Under the pieces are notes generated by a model. It had not been told where the DNA came from, made no database searches, and saw only the letters and a list, made by a program, of their open reading frames with translations. The position numbers and the translations under genes were made by a program. This document shows, in pieces, positions 47,101 to 62,100 of a stretch of 64,000 nucleotides of DNA. Every line of letters starts with the position of its first letter. Position 1 is the stretch's first letter. Source of the DNA: Auanema rhodensis (lineage: Eukaryota; Animalia; Nematoda); contig OZ059897.1 in NCBI GenBank assembly GCA_964057225.1, positions 17,484,001 through 17,548,000 on the forward strand, written 5' to 3'.

Positions 47101-50100
47101 TTCAACGAAAAAATTAATTCTCCAGGGTGAAAATCGAGGATATAAGTGTGAACTTATATCAGTTGATATCTCGGTGCATTTTTAAGCTAGCGCAAATCTG
47201 ATAACACAGATCGACGCAGCTTAAAAATCCGCATCGAATGCACTATACTACATTGAGAAACGCTTAATACAAAAATTAGTTATGATCGTTTGAAAAATGA
47301 TGCATTAGTGTATGTTGAGTTTCCATGTACACTCAACATTGCTTCCAAAAACATTTTGACAAAAATTTTTTCGAAAAATTTCAAGATAATTTAGCAAAAA
47401 GTAGATGTTTTCAGATTCCTTTTTTCAAGGCAAAGACGATGGACAATGTTATTCAACGAAAAAATTAATTCTTCAGGGTGAAAATCGAGGATATAAGTGT
47501 GAACTTATATCAGTTGATATCTCGGTGCATTTTTAAGCTAGCGCAAATCTGATAACACAGATCGACGCAGCTTAAAAATCCGCATCGAATGCACTATACT
47601 ACATTGAGAAACGCTTAATACAAAAATTAGTTATGATCGTTTGAAAAATGATGCATTAGTGTATGTTGAGTTTCCATGTACACTCAACATTGCTTCCAAA
47701 AACATTTTGACAAAACTTTTTTCGAAAAATTTCAAAATAATTTAGCAAAAAGTAGATGTTTTTAGATTCCTTTTTTCAAGGCAAAGACGATGGACAATGT
47801 TATTCAACGAAAAAATTTATTCTTCAGGGTGAAAATCGAGGATATAAGTGTGAACTTATATCAGTTGATATATCGGTGCATTTTTAAGCTAGCGCAAATC
47901 TGATAACACAGATCGACGCAGCTTAAAAATCTGCATCGAATGCACTATACTACATTGAGAAACGCTTAATACAAAAATTAGTTATGATCGTTTGAAAAAT
48001 GATTCATTAGTGTATGTTGAGTTTCCATGTACACTCAACATTGCTTCCAAAAACATTTTGACAAAACTTTTTTCGAAAAATTTCAAGATAATTTAGCAAA
48101 AAGTAGATGTTTTTAGATTCCTTTTTTCAAGGCAAAGACGATGGACAATGTTATTCAACGAAAAAATTAATTCTCCAGGGTGAAAATCGAGGATATAAGT
48201 GTGAACTTATATCAGTTGATATCTCGGTGCATTTTTAAGCTAGCGCAAATCTGATAACACAGATCGACGCAGCTTAAAAATCCGCATCGAATGCACTATA
48301 CTACATTGAGAAACGCTTAATACAAAAATTAGTTATGATCGTTTGAAAAATGATGCATTAGTGTATGTTGAGTTTCCATGTACACTCAACATTGCTTCCA
48401 AAAACATTTTGACAAAACTTTTTTCGAAAAATTTCAAAATAATTTAGCAAAAAGTAGATGTTTTTAGATTCCTTTTTTCAAGGCAAAGACGATGGACAAT
48501 GTTATTTAACGAAAAAATTAATTCTTCAGGGTGAAAATCGAGGATATAAGTGTGAACTTATATCAGTTGATATCTCGGTGCATTTTTAAGCTAGCGCAAA
48601 TCTGATAACACAGATCGACGCAGCTCAAAAATCCGCATCGAATGCACTATACTACATTGAGAAACGCTTAATACAAAATTAAGTTATGATCGTTTGAAAA
48701 ATGATGCATTAGTGTATGTTGAGTTTCCATGTACACTCAACATTGCTTCCAAAAACATTTTGACAAAAATTTTTTCGAAAAATTTCAAAATAATTTAGCA
48801 AAAAGTAGATGTTTTTAGATTCCTTTTTTCAAGGCAAAGACGATGGACAATGTTATTCAACGAAAAAATTTATTCTTCAGGGTGAAAATCGAGGATATAA
48901 GTGTGAACTTATATCAGTTGATATATCGGTGCATTTTTAAGCTAGCGCAAATCTGATAACACAGATCGACGCAGCTTAAAAATCTGCATCGAATGCACTA
49001 TACTACATTGAGAAACGCTTAATACAAAAATTAGTTATGATCGTTTGAAAAATGATTCATTAGTGTATGTTGAGTTTCCATGTACACTCAACATTGCTTC
49101 CAAAAACATTTTGACAAAACTTTTTTCGAAAAATTTCAAGATAATTTAGCAAAAAGTAGATGTTTTTAGATTCCTTTTTTCAAGGCAAAGACGATGGACA
49201 ATGTTATTCAACGAAAAAATTAATTCTCCAGGGTGAAAATCGAGGATATAAGTGTGAACTTATATCAGTTGATATCTCGGTGCATTTTTAAGCTAGCGCA
49301 AATCTGATAACACAGATCGACGCAGCTTAAAAATCCGCATCGAATGCACTATACTACATTGAGAAACGCTTAATACAAAAATTAGTTATGATCGTTTGAA
49401 AAATGATGCATTAGTGTATGTTGAGTTTCCATGTACACTCAACATTGCTTCCAAAAACATTTTGACAAAAATTTTTTCGAAAAATTTCAAGATAATTTAG
49501 CGAAAAGTAGATGTTTTTAGATTCCTTTTTTCAAGGCAAAGACGATGGACAATGTTATTCAACGAAAAAATTTATTCTTCAGGGTGAAAATCGAGGATAT
49601 AAGTGTGAACTTATATCAGTTGATATCTCGGTGCATTTTTAAGCTAGCGCAAATCTGATAACACAGATCGACGCAGCTTAAAAATCCGCATCGAATGCAC
49701 TATACTACATTGAGAAACGCTTAATACAAAAATTAGTTATGATCGTTTGAAAAATGATTCATTAGTGTATGTTGAGTTTCCATGTACACTCAACATTGCT
49801 TCCAAAAACATTTTGACAAAACTTTTTTCGAAAAATTTCAAGATAATTTAGCAAAAAGTAGATGTTTTTAGATTCCTTTTTTCAAGGCAAAGACGATGGA
49901 CAATGTTATTCAACGAAAAAATTAATTCTCCAGGGTGAAAATCGAGGATATAAGTGTGAACTTATATCAGTTGATATCTCGGTGCATTTTTAAGCTAGCG
50001 CAAATCTGATAACACAGATCGACGCAGCTTAAAAATCCGCATCGAATGCACTATACTACATTGAGAAACGCTTAATACAAAAATTAGTTATGATCGTTTG

Positions 50101-53100
50101 AAAAATGATGCATTAGTGTATGTTGAGTTTCCATGTACACTCAACATTGCTTCCAAAAACATTTTGACAAAAATTTTTTCGAAAAATTTCAAGATAATTT
50201 AGCAAAAAGTATATGTTTTTAGATTCCTTTTTTCAAGGCAAAGACGATGGACAATGTTATTCAACGAAAAAATTAATTCTTCAGGGTGAAAATCGAGGAT
50301 ATAAGTGTGAACTTATATCAGTTGATATCTCGGTGCATTTTTAAGCTAGCGCAAATCTGATAACACAGATCGACGCAGCTTAAAAATCCGCATCGAATGC
50401 ACTATACTACATTGAGAAACGCTTAATACAAAAATTAGTTATGATCGTTTGAAAAATGATGCATTAGTGTATGTTGAGTTTCCATGTACACTCAACATTG
50501 CTTCCAAAAACATTTTGACAAAAATTTTTTCGAAAAATTTCAAAATAATTTAGCAAAAAGTAGATGTTTTTAGATTCCTTTTTTCAAGGCAAAGACGATG
50601 GACAATGTTATTCAACGAAAAAATTTATTCTTCAGGGTGAAAATCGAGGATATAAGTGTGAACTTATATCAGTTGATATCTCGGTGCATTTTTAAGCTAG
50701 CGCAAATCTGATAACACAGATCGACGCAGCTTAAAAATCCGCATCGAATGCACTATACTACATTGAGAAACGCTTAATACAAAAATTAGTTATGATCGTT
50801 TGAAAAATGATGCATTAGTGTATGTTGAGTTTCCATGTACACTCAACATTGCTTCCAAAAACATTTTGACAAAAATTTTTTCGAAAAATTTCAAGATAAT
50901 TTAGCAAAAAGTAGATGTTTTTAGATTCCTTTTTTCAAGGCAAAGACGATGGACAATGTTATTCAACGAAAAAATTAATTCTTCAGGGTGAAAATCGAGG
51001 ATATAAGTGTGAACTTATATCAGTTGATATCTCGGTGCATTTTTAAGCTAGCGCAAGTCTGATAACACAGATCGACGCAGCTTAAAAATCCGCATCGAAT
51101 GCACTATACTACATTGAGAAACGCTTAATACAAAAATTAGTTATGATCGTTTGAAAAATGATTCATTAGTGTATGTTGAGTTTCCATGTACACTCAACAT
51201 TGCTTCCAAAAACATTTTGACAAAACTTTTTTCGAAAAATTTCAAGATAATTTAGCAAAAAGTAGATGTTTTTAGATTCCTTTTTTCAAGGCAAAGACGA
51301 TGGACAATGTTATTCAACGAAAAAATTAATTCTTCAGGGTGAAAATCGAGGATATAAGTGTGAACTTATATCAGTTGATATCTCGGTGCATTTTTAAGCT
51401 AGCGCAAGTCTGATAACACAGATCGACGCAGCTTAAAAATCCGCATCGAATGCACTATACTACATTGAGAAACGCTTGATACAAAAATTAGTTATGATCG
51501 TTTGAAAAATGATGCATTAGTGTATGTTGAGTTTCCATGTACACTCAACATTGCTTCCAAAAACATTTTGACAAAAATTTTTTCGAAAAATTTCAAAATA
51601 ATTTAGCAAAAAGTAGATGTTTTTAGATTCCTTTTTTCAAGGCAAAGACGATGGACAATGTTATTCAACGAAAAAATTTATTCTTCAGGGTGAAAATCGA
51701 GGATATAAGTGTGAACTTATATCAGTTGATATATCGGTGCATTTTTAAGCTAGCGCAAATCTGATAACACAGATCGACGCAGCTTAAAAATCTGCATCGA
51801 ATGCACTATACTACATTGAGAAACGCTTAATACAAAAATTAGTTATGATCGTTTGAAAAATGATTCATTAGTGTATGTTGAGTTTCCATGTACACTCAAC
51901 ATTGCTTCCAAAAACATTTTGACAAAACTTTTTTCGAAAAATTTCAAGATAATTTAGCAAAAAGTAGATGTTTTTAGATTCCTTTTTTCAAGGCAAAGAC
52001 GATGGACAATGTTATTCAACGAAAAAATTAATTCTCCAGGGTGAAAATCGAGGATATAAGTGTGAACTTATATCAGTTGATATCTCGGTGCATTTTTAAG
52101 CTAGCGCAAATCTGATAACACAGATCGACGCAGCTTAAAAATCCGCATCGAATGCACTATACTACATTGAGAAACGCTTAATACAAAAATTAGTTATGAT
52201 CGTTTGAAAAATGATGCATTAGTGTATGTTGAGTTTCCATGTACACTCAACATTGCTTCCAAAAACATTTTGACAAAAATTTTTTCGAAAAATTTCAAGA
52301 TAATTTAGCAAAAAGTAGATGTTTTTAGATTCCTTTTTTCAAGGCAAAGACGATGGACAATGTTATTCAACGAAAAAATTAATTCTTCAGGGTGAAAATC
52401 GAGGATATAAGTGTGAACTTATATCAATTGATATCTCGGTGCATTTTTAAGCTAGCGCAAATCTGATAACACAGATCGACGCAGCTTAAAAATCCGCATC
52501 GAATGCACTGTACTACATTGAGAAACGCTTAATACAAAAATTAGTTATGATCGTTTGAAAAATGATGCATTAGTGTATGTTGAGTTTCCATGTACACTCA
52601 ACATTGCTTCCAAAAACATTTTGACAAAAATTTTTTCGAAAAATTTCAAGATAATTTAGCGAAAAGTAGATGTTTTTAGATTCCTTTTTTCGAGGCAAAG
52701 ACGATGGACAATGTTATTCAACGAAAAAATTAATTCTTCAGGGTGAAAATCGAGGATATAAGTGTGAACTTATATCAGTTGATATCTCGGTGCATTTTTA
52801 AGCTAGCGCAAATCTGATAACACAGATCGACGCAGCTTAAAAATCCGCATCGAATGCACTATACTACATTGAGAAACGCTTAATACAAAAATTAGTTATG
52901 ATCGTTTGAAAAATGATGCATTAGTGTATGTTGAGTTTCCATGTACACTCAACATTGCTTCCAAAAACATTTTGACAAAAATTTTTTCGAAAAATTTCAA
53001 AATAATTTAGCAAAAAGTAGATGTTTTTAGATTCCTTTTTTCAAGGCAAAGACGATGGACAATGTTATTCAACGAAAAAATTTATTCTTCAGGGTGAAAA

Positions 53101-56100
53101 TCGAGAATATAAGTGTGAACTTATATCAGTTGATATCTCGGTGCATTTTTAAGCTAGCGCAAATCTGATAACACAGATCGACGCAGCTTAAAAATCCGCA
53201 TCGAATGCACTATACTACATTGAGAAACGCTTAATACAAAAATTAGTTATGATCGTTTGAAAAATGATGCATTAGTGTATGTTGAGTTTCCATGTACACT
53301 CAACATTGCTTCCAAAAACATTTTGACAAAAATTTTTTCGAAAAATTTCAAGATAATTTAGCAAAAAGTAGATGTTTTTAGATTCCTTTTTTCAAGGCAA
53401 AGACGATGGACAATGTTATTCAACGAAAAAATTTATTCTTCAGGGTGAAAATCGAGAATATAAGTGTGAACTTATATCAGTTGATATCTCGGTGCATTTT
53501 TAAGCTAGCGCAAATCTGATAACACAGATCGACGCAGCTTAAAAATCCGCATCGAATGCACTATACTACATTGAGAAACGCTTAATACAAAAATTAGTTA
53601 TGATCGTTTGAAAAATGATGCATTAGTGTATGTTGAGTTTCCATGTACACTCAACATTGCTTCCAAAAACATTTTGACAAAACTTTTTTCGAAAAATTTC
53701 AAGATAATTTAGCAAAAAGTAGATGTTTTTAGATTCCTTTTTTCAAGGCAAAGACGATGGACAATGTTATTCAACGAAAAAATTAATTCTTCAGGGTGAA
53801 AATCGAGGATATAAGTGTGAACTTATATCAGTTGATATCTCGGTGCATTTTTAAGCTAGCGCAAGTCTGATAACACAGATCGACGCAGCTTAAAAATCCG
53901 CATCGAATGCACTATACTACATTGAGAAACGCTTGATACAAAAATTAGTTATGATCGTTTGAAAAATGATGCATTAGTGTATGTTGAGTTTCCATGTACA
54001 CTCAACATTGCTTCCAAAAACATTTTGACAAAAATTTTTTCGAAAAATTTCAAAATAATTTAGCAAAAAGTAGATGTTTTTAGATTCCTTTTTTCAAGGC
54101 AAAGACGATGGACAATGTTATTCAACGAAAAAATTTATTCTTCAGGGTGAAAATCGAGGATATAAGTGTGAACTTATATCAGTTGATATCTCGGTGCATT
54201 TTTAAGCTAGCGCAAATCTGATAACACAGATCGACGCAGCTTAAAAATCCGCATCGAATGCACTATACTACATTGAGAAACGCTTAATACAAAAATTAGT
54301 TATGATCGTTTGAAAAATGATGCATTAGTGTATGTTGAGTTTCCATGTACACTCAACATTGCTTCCAAAAACATTTTGACAAAAATTTTTTCGAAAAATT
54401 TCAAAATAATTTAGCAAAAAGTAGATGTTTTTAGATTCCTTTTTTCACGGCAAAGACGATGGACAATGTTATTCAACGAAAAAAACAATTCTTCAGGGTG
54501 AAAATCGAGGATATAAGTGTGAACTTATATCAGTTGATATATCGGTGCATTTTTAAGCTAGCGCAAATCTGATAACACAGATCGACGCAGCTTAAAAATC
54601 CGCATCGAATGCACTATACTACATTGAGAAACGCTTAATACAAAAATTAGTTATGATCGTTTGAAAAATGATGCATTAGTGTATGTTGAGTTTCCATGTA
54701 CACTCAACATTGCTTCCAAAAACATTTTGACAAAAATTTTTTCGAAAAATTTCAAGATAATTTAGCAAAAAGTAGATGTTTTTAGATTCCTTTTTTCAAG
54801 GCAAAGACGATGGACAATGTTATTCAACGAAAAAATTAATTCTTCAGGGTGAAAATCGAGGATATAAGTGTGAACTTATATCAGTTGATATCTCGGTGCA
54901 TTTTTAAGCTAGCGCAAGTCTGATAACACAGATCGACGCAGCTTAAAAATCCGCATCGAATGCACTATACTACATTGAGAAACGCTTGATACAAAAATTA
55001 GTTATGATCGTTTGAAAAATGATGCATTAGTGTATGTTGAGTTTCCATGTACACTCAACATTGCTTCCAAAAACATTTTGACAAAAATTTTTTCGAAAAA
55101 TTTCAAAATAATTTAGCAAAAAGTAGATGTTTTTAGATTCCTTTTTTCAAGGCAAAGACGATGGACAATGTTATTCAACGAAAAAATTTATTCTTCAGGG
55201 TGAAAATCGAGGATATAAGTGTGAACTTATATCAGTTGATATATCGGTGCATTTTTAAGCTAGCGCAAATCTGATAACACAGATCGACGCAGCTTAAAAA
55301 TCTGCATCGAATGCACTATACTACATTGAGGAACGCTTAATACAAAAATTAGTTATGATCGTTTGAAAAATGATTCATTAGTGTATGTTGAGTTTCCATG
55401 TACACTCAACATTGCTTCCAAAAACATTTTGACAAAACTTTTTTCGAAAAATTTCAAGATAATTTAGCAAAAAGTAGATGTTTTTAGATTCCTTTTTTCA
55501 AGGCAAAGACGATGGACAATGTTATTCAACGAAAAAATTAATTCTCCAGGGTGAAAATCGAGGATATAAGTGTGAACTTATATCAGTTGATATCTCGGTG
55601 CATTTTTAAGCTAGCGCAAATCTGATAACACAGATCGACGCAGCTTAAAAATCCGCATCGAATGCACTATACTACATTGAGAAACGCTTAATACAAAAAT
55701 TAGTTATGATCGTTTGAAAAATGATGCATTAGTGTATGTTGAGTTTCCATGTACACTCAACATTGCTTCCAAAAACATTTTGACAAAAATTTTTTCGAAA
55801 AATTTCAAGATAATTTAGCAAAAAGTAGATGTTTTTAGATTCCTTTTTTCAAGGCAAAGACGATGGACAATGTTATTCAACGAAAAAATTAATTCTTCAG
55901 GGTGAAAATCGAGGATATAAGTGTGAACTTATATCAATTGATATCTCGGTGCATTTTTAAGCTAGCGCAAATCTGATAACACAGATCGACGCAGCTTAAA
56001 AATCCGCATCGAATGCACTGTACTACATTGAGAAACGCTTAATACAAAAATTAGTTATGATCGTTTGAAAAATGATGCATTAGTGTATGTTGAGTTTCCA

Positions 56101-59100
56101 TGTACACTCAACATTGCTTCCAAAAACATTTTGACAAAAATTTTTTCGAAAAATTTCAAGATAATTTAGCGAAAAGTAGATGTTTTTAGATTCCTTTTTT
56201 CGAGGCAAAGACGATGGACAATGTTATTCAACGAAAAAATTAATTCTTCAGGGTGAAAATCGAGGATATAAGTGTGAACTTATATCAGTTGATATCTCGG
56301 TGCATTTTTAAGCTAGCGCAAATCTGATAACACAGATCGACGCAGCTTAAAAATCCGCATCGAATGCACTATACTACATTGAGAAACGCTTAATACAAAA
56401 ATTAGTTATGATCGTTTGAAAAATGATGCATTAGTGTATGTTGAGTTTCCATGTACACTCAACATTGCTTCCAAAAACATTTTGACAAAAATTTTTTCGA
56501 AAAATTTCAAAATAATTTAGCAAAAAGTAGATGTTTTTAGATTCCTTTTTTCAAGGCAAAGACGATGGACAATGTTATTCAACGAAAAAATTTATTCTTC
56601 AGGGTGAAAATCGAGAATATAAGTGTGAACTTATATCAGTTGATATCTCGGTGCATTTTTAAGCTAGCGCAAATCTGATAACACAGGTCGACGCAGCTTA
56701 AAAATCCGCATCGAATGCACTATACTACATTGAGAAACGCTTAATACAAAAATTAGTTATGATCGTTTGAAAAATGATGCATTAGTGTATGTTGAGTTTC
56801 CATGTACACTCAACATTGCTTCCAAAAACATTTTGACAAAAATTTTTTCGAAAAATTTCAAGATAATTTAGCAAAAAGTAGATGTTTTTAGATTCCTTTT
56901 TTCAAGGCAAAGACGATGGACAATGTTATTCAACGAAAAAATTAATTCTTCAGGGTGAAAATCGAGGATATAAGTGTGAACTTATATCAGTTGATATCTC
57001 GGTGCATTTTTAAGCTAGCGCAAGTCTGATAACACAGATCGACGCAGCTTAAAAATCCGCATCGAATGCACTATACTACATTGAGAAACGCTTAATACAA
57101 AAATTAGTTATGATCGTTTGAAAAATGATTCATTAGTGTATGTTGAGTTTCCATGTACACTCAACATTGCTTCCAAAAACATTTTGACAAAACTTTTTTC
57201 GAAAAATTTCAAGATAATTTAGCAAAAAGTAGATGTTTTTAGATTCCTTTTTTCAAGGCAAAGACGATGGACAATGTTATTCAACGAAAAAATTAATTCT
57301 TCAGGGTGAAAATCGAGGATATAAGTGTGAACTTATATCAGTTGATATCTCGGTGCATTTTTAAGCTAGCGCAAGTCTGATAACACAGATCGACGCAGCT
57401 TAAAAATCCGCATCGAATGCACTATACTACATTGAGAAACGCTTGATACAAAAATTAGTTATGATCGTTTGAAAAATGATGCATTAGTGTATGTTGAGTT
57501 TCCATGTACACTCAACATTGCTTCCAAAAACATTTTGACAAAAATTTTTTCGAAAAATTTCAAAATAATTTAGCAAAAAGTAGATGTTTTTAGATTCCTT
57601 TTTTCAAGGCAAAGACGATGGACAATGTTATTCAACGAAAAAATTTATTCTTCAGGGTGAAAATCGAGGATATAAGTGTGAACTTATATCAGTTGATATC
57701 TCGGTGCATTTTTAAGCTAGCGCAAATCTGATAACACAGATCGACGCAGCTTAAAAATCCGCATCGAATGCACTATACTACATTGAGAAACGCTTAATAC
57801 AAAAATTAGTTATGATCGTTTGAAAAATGATGCATTAGTGTATGTTGAGTTTCCATGTACACTCAACATTGCTTCCAAAAACATTTTGACAAAAATTTTT
57901 TCGAAAAATTTCAAAATAATTTAGCAAAAAGTAGATGTTTTTAGATTCCTTTTTTCACGGCAAAGACGATGGACAATGTTATTCAACGAAAAAAACAATT
58001 CTTCAGGGTGAAAATCGAGGATATAAGTGTGAACTTATATCAGTTGATATATCGGTGCATTTTTAAGCTAGCGCAAATCTGATAACACAGATCGACGCAG
58101 CTTAAAAATCCGCATCGAATGCACTATACTACATTGAGAAACGCTTAATACAAAAATTAGTTATGATCGTTTGAAAAATGATGCATTAGTGTATGTTGAG
58201 TTTCCATGTACACTCAACATTGCTTCCAAAAACATTTTGACAAAAATTTTTTCGAAAAATTTCAAGATAATTTAGCAAAAAGTAGATGTTTTTAGATTCC
58301 TTTTTTCAAGGCAAAGACGATGGACAATGTTATTCAACGAAAAAATTAATTCTTCAGGGTGAAAATCGAGGATATAAGTGTGAACTTATATCAATTGATA
58401 TCTCGGTGCATTTTTAAGCTAGCGCAAATCTGATAACACAGATCGACGCAGCTTAAAAATCCGCATCGAATGCACTATACTACATTGAGAAACGCCTAAT
58501 ACAAAAATTAGTTATGATCGTTTGAAAAATGATGCATTAGTGTATGTTGAGTTTCCATGTACACTCAACATTGCTTCCATAAACATTTTGACAAAAATTT
58601 TTTCGAAAAATTTCAAAATAATTTAGCAAAAAGTAGATGTTTTTAGATTCCTTTTTTCAAGGCAAAGACGATGGACAATGTTATTCAACGAAAAAATTTA
58701 TTCTTCAGGGTGAAAATCGAGGATATAAGTGTGAACTTATATCAGTTGATATATCGGTGCATTTTTAAGCTAGCGCAAATCTGATAACACAGATCGACGC
58801 AGCTTAAAAATCCGCATCGAATGCACTATACTACATTGAGAAACGCTTAATACAAAAATTAGTTATGATCGTTTGAAAAATGATGCATTAGTGTATGTTG
58901 AGTTTCCATGTACACTCAACATTGCTTCCAAAAACATTTTGACAAAAATTTTTTCGAAAAATTTCAAAATAATTTAGCAAAAAGTAGATGTTTTTAGATT
59001 CCTTTTTTCAAGGCAAAGACGATGGACAATGTTATTCAACGAAAAAATTTATTCTTCAGGGTGAAAATCGAGGATATAAGTGTGAACTTATATCAGTTGA

Positions 59101-62100
59101 TATCTCGGTGCATTTTTAAGCTAGCGCAAATCTGATAACACAGATCGACGCAGCTTAAAAATCCGCATCGAATGCACTATACTACAATGAAAAACGCTTA
59201 ATACAAAAATTAGTTATGATCGTTTGAAAAATGATGCATTAGTGTATGTTGAGTTTCCATGTACACTCAACATTGCTTCCAAAAACATTTTGACAAAAAT
59301 TTTTTCGAAAAATTTCAAAATAATTTACCAAAAAGTAGATGTTTTTAGATTCCTTTTTTCAAGGCAAAGACGATGGACAATGTTATTCAACGAAAAAAAC
59401 AATTCTTCAGGGTGAAAATCGAGGATATAAGTGTGAACTTATATCAGTTGATATATCGGTGCATTTTTAAGCTAGCGCAAATCTGATAACACAGATCGAC
59501 GCAGCTTACAAATCCGCATCGAATGCACTATACTACATTGAGAAACGCTTAATACAAAAATTAGTTATGATCGTTTGAAAAATGATGCATTAGTGTATGT
59601 TGAGTTTCCATGTACACTCAACATTGCTTCCAAAAACATTTTGACAAAAATTTTTTCGAAAAATTTCAAAATAATTTAGCAAAAAGTAGATGTTTTTAGA
59701 TTCCTTTTTTCAAGGCAAAGACGATGGACAATGTTATTCAACGAAAAAATTTATTCTTCAGGGTGAAAATCGAGGATATAAGTGTGAACTTATATCAGTT
59801 GATATCTCGGTGCATTTTTAAGCTAGCGCAAATCTGATAACACAGATCGACGCAGCTTAAAAATCCGCATCGAATGCACTATACTACAATGAAAAACGCT
59901 TAATACAAAAATTAGTTATGATCGTTTGAAAAATGATGCATTAGTGTATGTTGAGTTTCCATGTACACTCAACATTGCTTCCAAAAACATTTTGACAAAA
60001 ATTTTTTCGAAAAATTTCAAAATAATTTACCAAAAAGTAGATGTTTTTAGATTCCTTTTTTCAAGGCAAAGACGATGGACAATGTTATTCAACGAAAAAA
60101 ACAATTCTTCAGGGTGAAAATCGAGGATATAAGTGTGAACTTATATCAGTTGATATATCGGTGCATTTTTAAGCTAGCGCAAATCTGATAACACAGATCG
60201 ACGCAGCTTACAAATCCGCATCGAATGCACTATACTACAATGAAAAACGCTTAATACAAAAATTAGTTATGATCGTTTGAAAAATGATGCATTAGTGTAT
60301 GTTGAGTTTCCATGTACACTCAACATTGCTTCCAAAAACATTTTGACAAAAATTTTTTCGAAAAATTTCAAAATAATTTACCAAAAAGTAGATGTTTTTA
60401 GATTCCTTTTTTCAAGGCAAAGACGATGGACAATGTTATTCAACGAAAAAAACAATTCTTCAGGGTGAAAATCGAGGATATAAGTGTGAACTTATATCAG
60501 TTGATATCTCGGTGCATTTTTAAGCTAGCGCAAGTCTGATAACACAGATCGACGCAGCTTAAAAATCCGCATCGAATGCACTATACTACATTGAGAAACG
60601 CTTGATACAAAAATTAGTTATGATCGTTTGAAAAATGATGCATTAGTGTATGTTGAGTTTCCATGTACACTCAACATTGCTTCCAAAAACATTTTGACAA
60701 AAATTTTTTCGAAAAATTTCAAAATAATTTAGCAAAAAGTAGATGTTTTTAGATTCCTTTTTTCAAGGCAAAGACGATGGACAATGTTATTCAACGAAAA
60801 AATTTATTCTTCAGGGTGAAAATCGAGGATATAAGTGTGAACTTATATCAGTTGATATCTCGGTGCATTTTTAAGCTAGCGCAAATCTGATAACACAGAT
60901 CGACGCAGCTTAAAAATCCGCATCGAATGCACTATACTACATTGAGAAACGCTTAATACAAAAATTAGTTATGATCGTTTGAAAAATGATGCATTAGTGT
61001 ATGTTGAGTTTCCATGTACACTCAACATTGCTTCCAAAAACATTTTGACAAAAATTTTTTCGAAAAATTTCAAAATAATTTAGCAAAAAGTAGATGTTTT
61101 TAGATTCCTTTTTTCACGGCAAAGACGATGGACAATGTTATTCAACGAAAAAAACAATTCTTCAGGGTGAAAATCGAGGATATAAGTGTGAACTTATATC
61201 AGTTGATATATCGGTGCATTTTTAAGCTAGCGCAAATCTGATAACACAGATCGACGCAGCTTAAAAATCCGCATCGAATGCACTATACTACATTGAGAAA
61301 CGCTTAATACAAAAATTAGTTATGATCGTTTGAAAAATGATGCATTAGTGTATGTTGAGTTTCCATGTACACTCAACATTGCTTCCAAAAACATTTTGAC
61401 AAAAATTTTTTCGAAAAATTTCAAGATAATTTAGCAAAAAGTAGATGTTTTTAGATTCCTTTTTTCAAGGCAAAGACGATGGACAATGTTATTCAACGAA
61501 AAAATTAATTCTTCAGGGTGAAAATCGAGGATATAAGTGTGAACTTATATCAATTGATATCTCGGTGCATTTTTAAGCTAGCGCAAATCTGATAACACAG
61601 ATCGACGCAGCTTAAAAATCCGCATCGAATGCACTATACTACATTGAGAAACGCCTAATACAAAAATTAGTTATGATCGTTTGAAAAATGATGCATTAGT
61701 GTATGTTGAGTTTCCATGTACACTCAACATTGCTTCCATAAACATTTTGACAAAAATTTTTTCGAAAAATTTCAAAATAATTTAGCAAAAAGTAGATGTT
61801 TTTAGATTCCTTTTTTCAAGGCAAAGACGATGGACAATGTTATTCAACGAAAAAATTTATTCTTCAGGGTGAAAATCGAGGATATAAGTGTGAACTTATA
61901 TCAGTTGATATATCGGTGCATTTTTAAGCTAGCGCAAATCTGATAACACAGATCGACGCAGCTTAAAAATCCGCATCGAATGCACTATACTACATTGAGA
62001 AACGCTTAATACAAAAATTAGTTATGATCGTTTGAAAAATGATGCATTAGTGTATGTTGAGTTTCCATGTACACTCAACATTGCTTCCAAAAACATTTTG

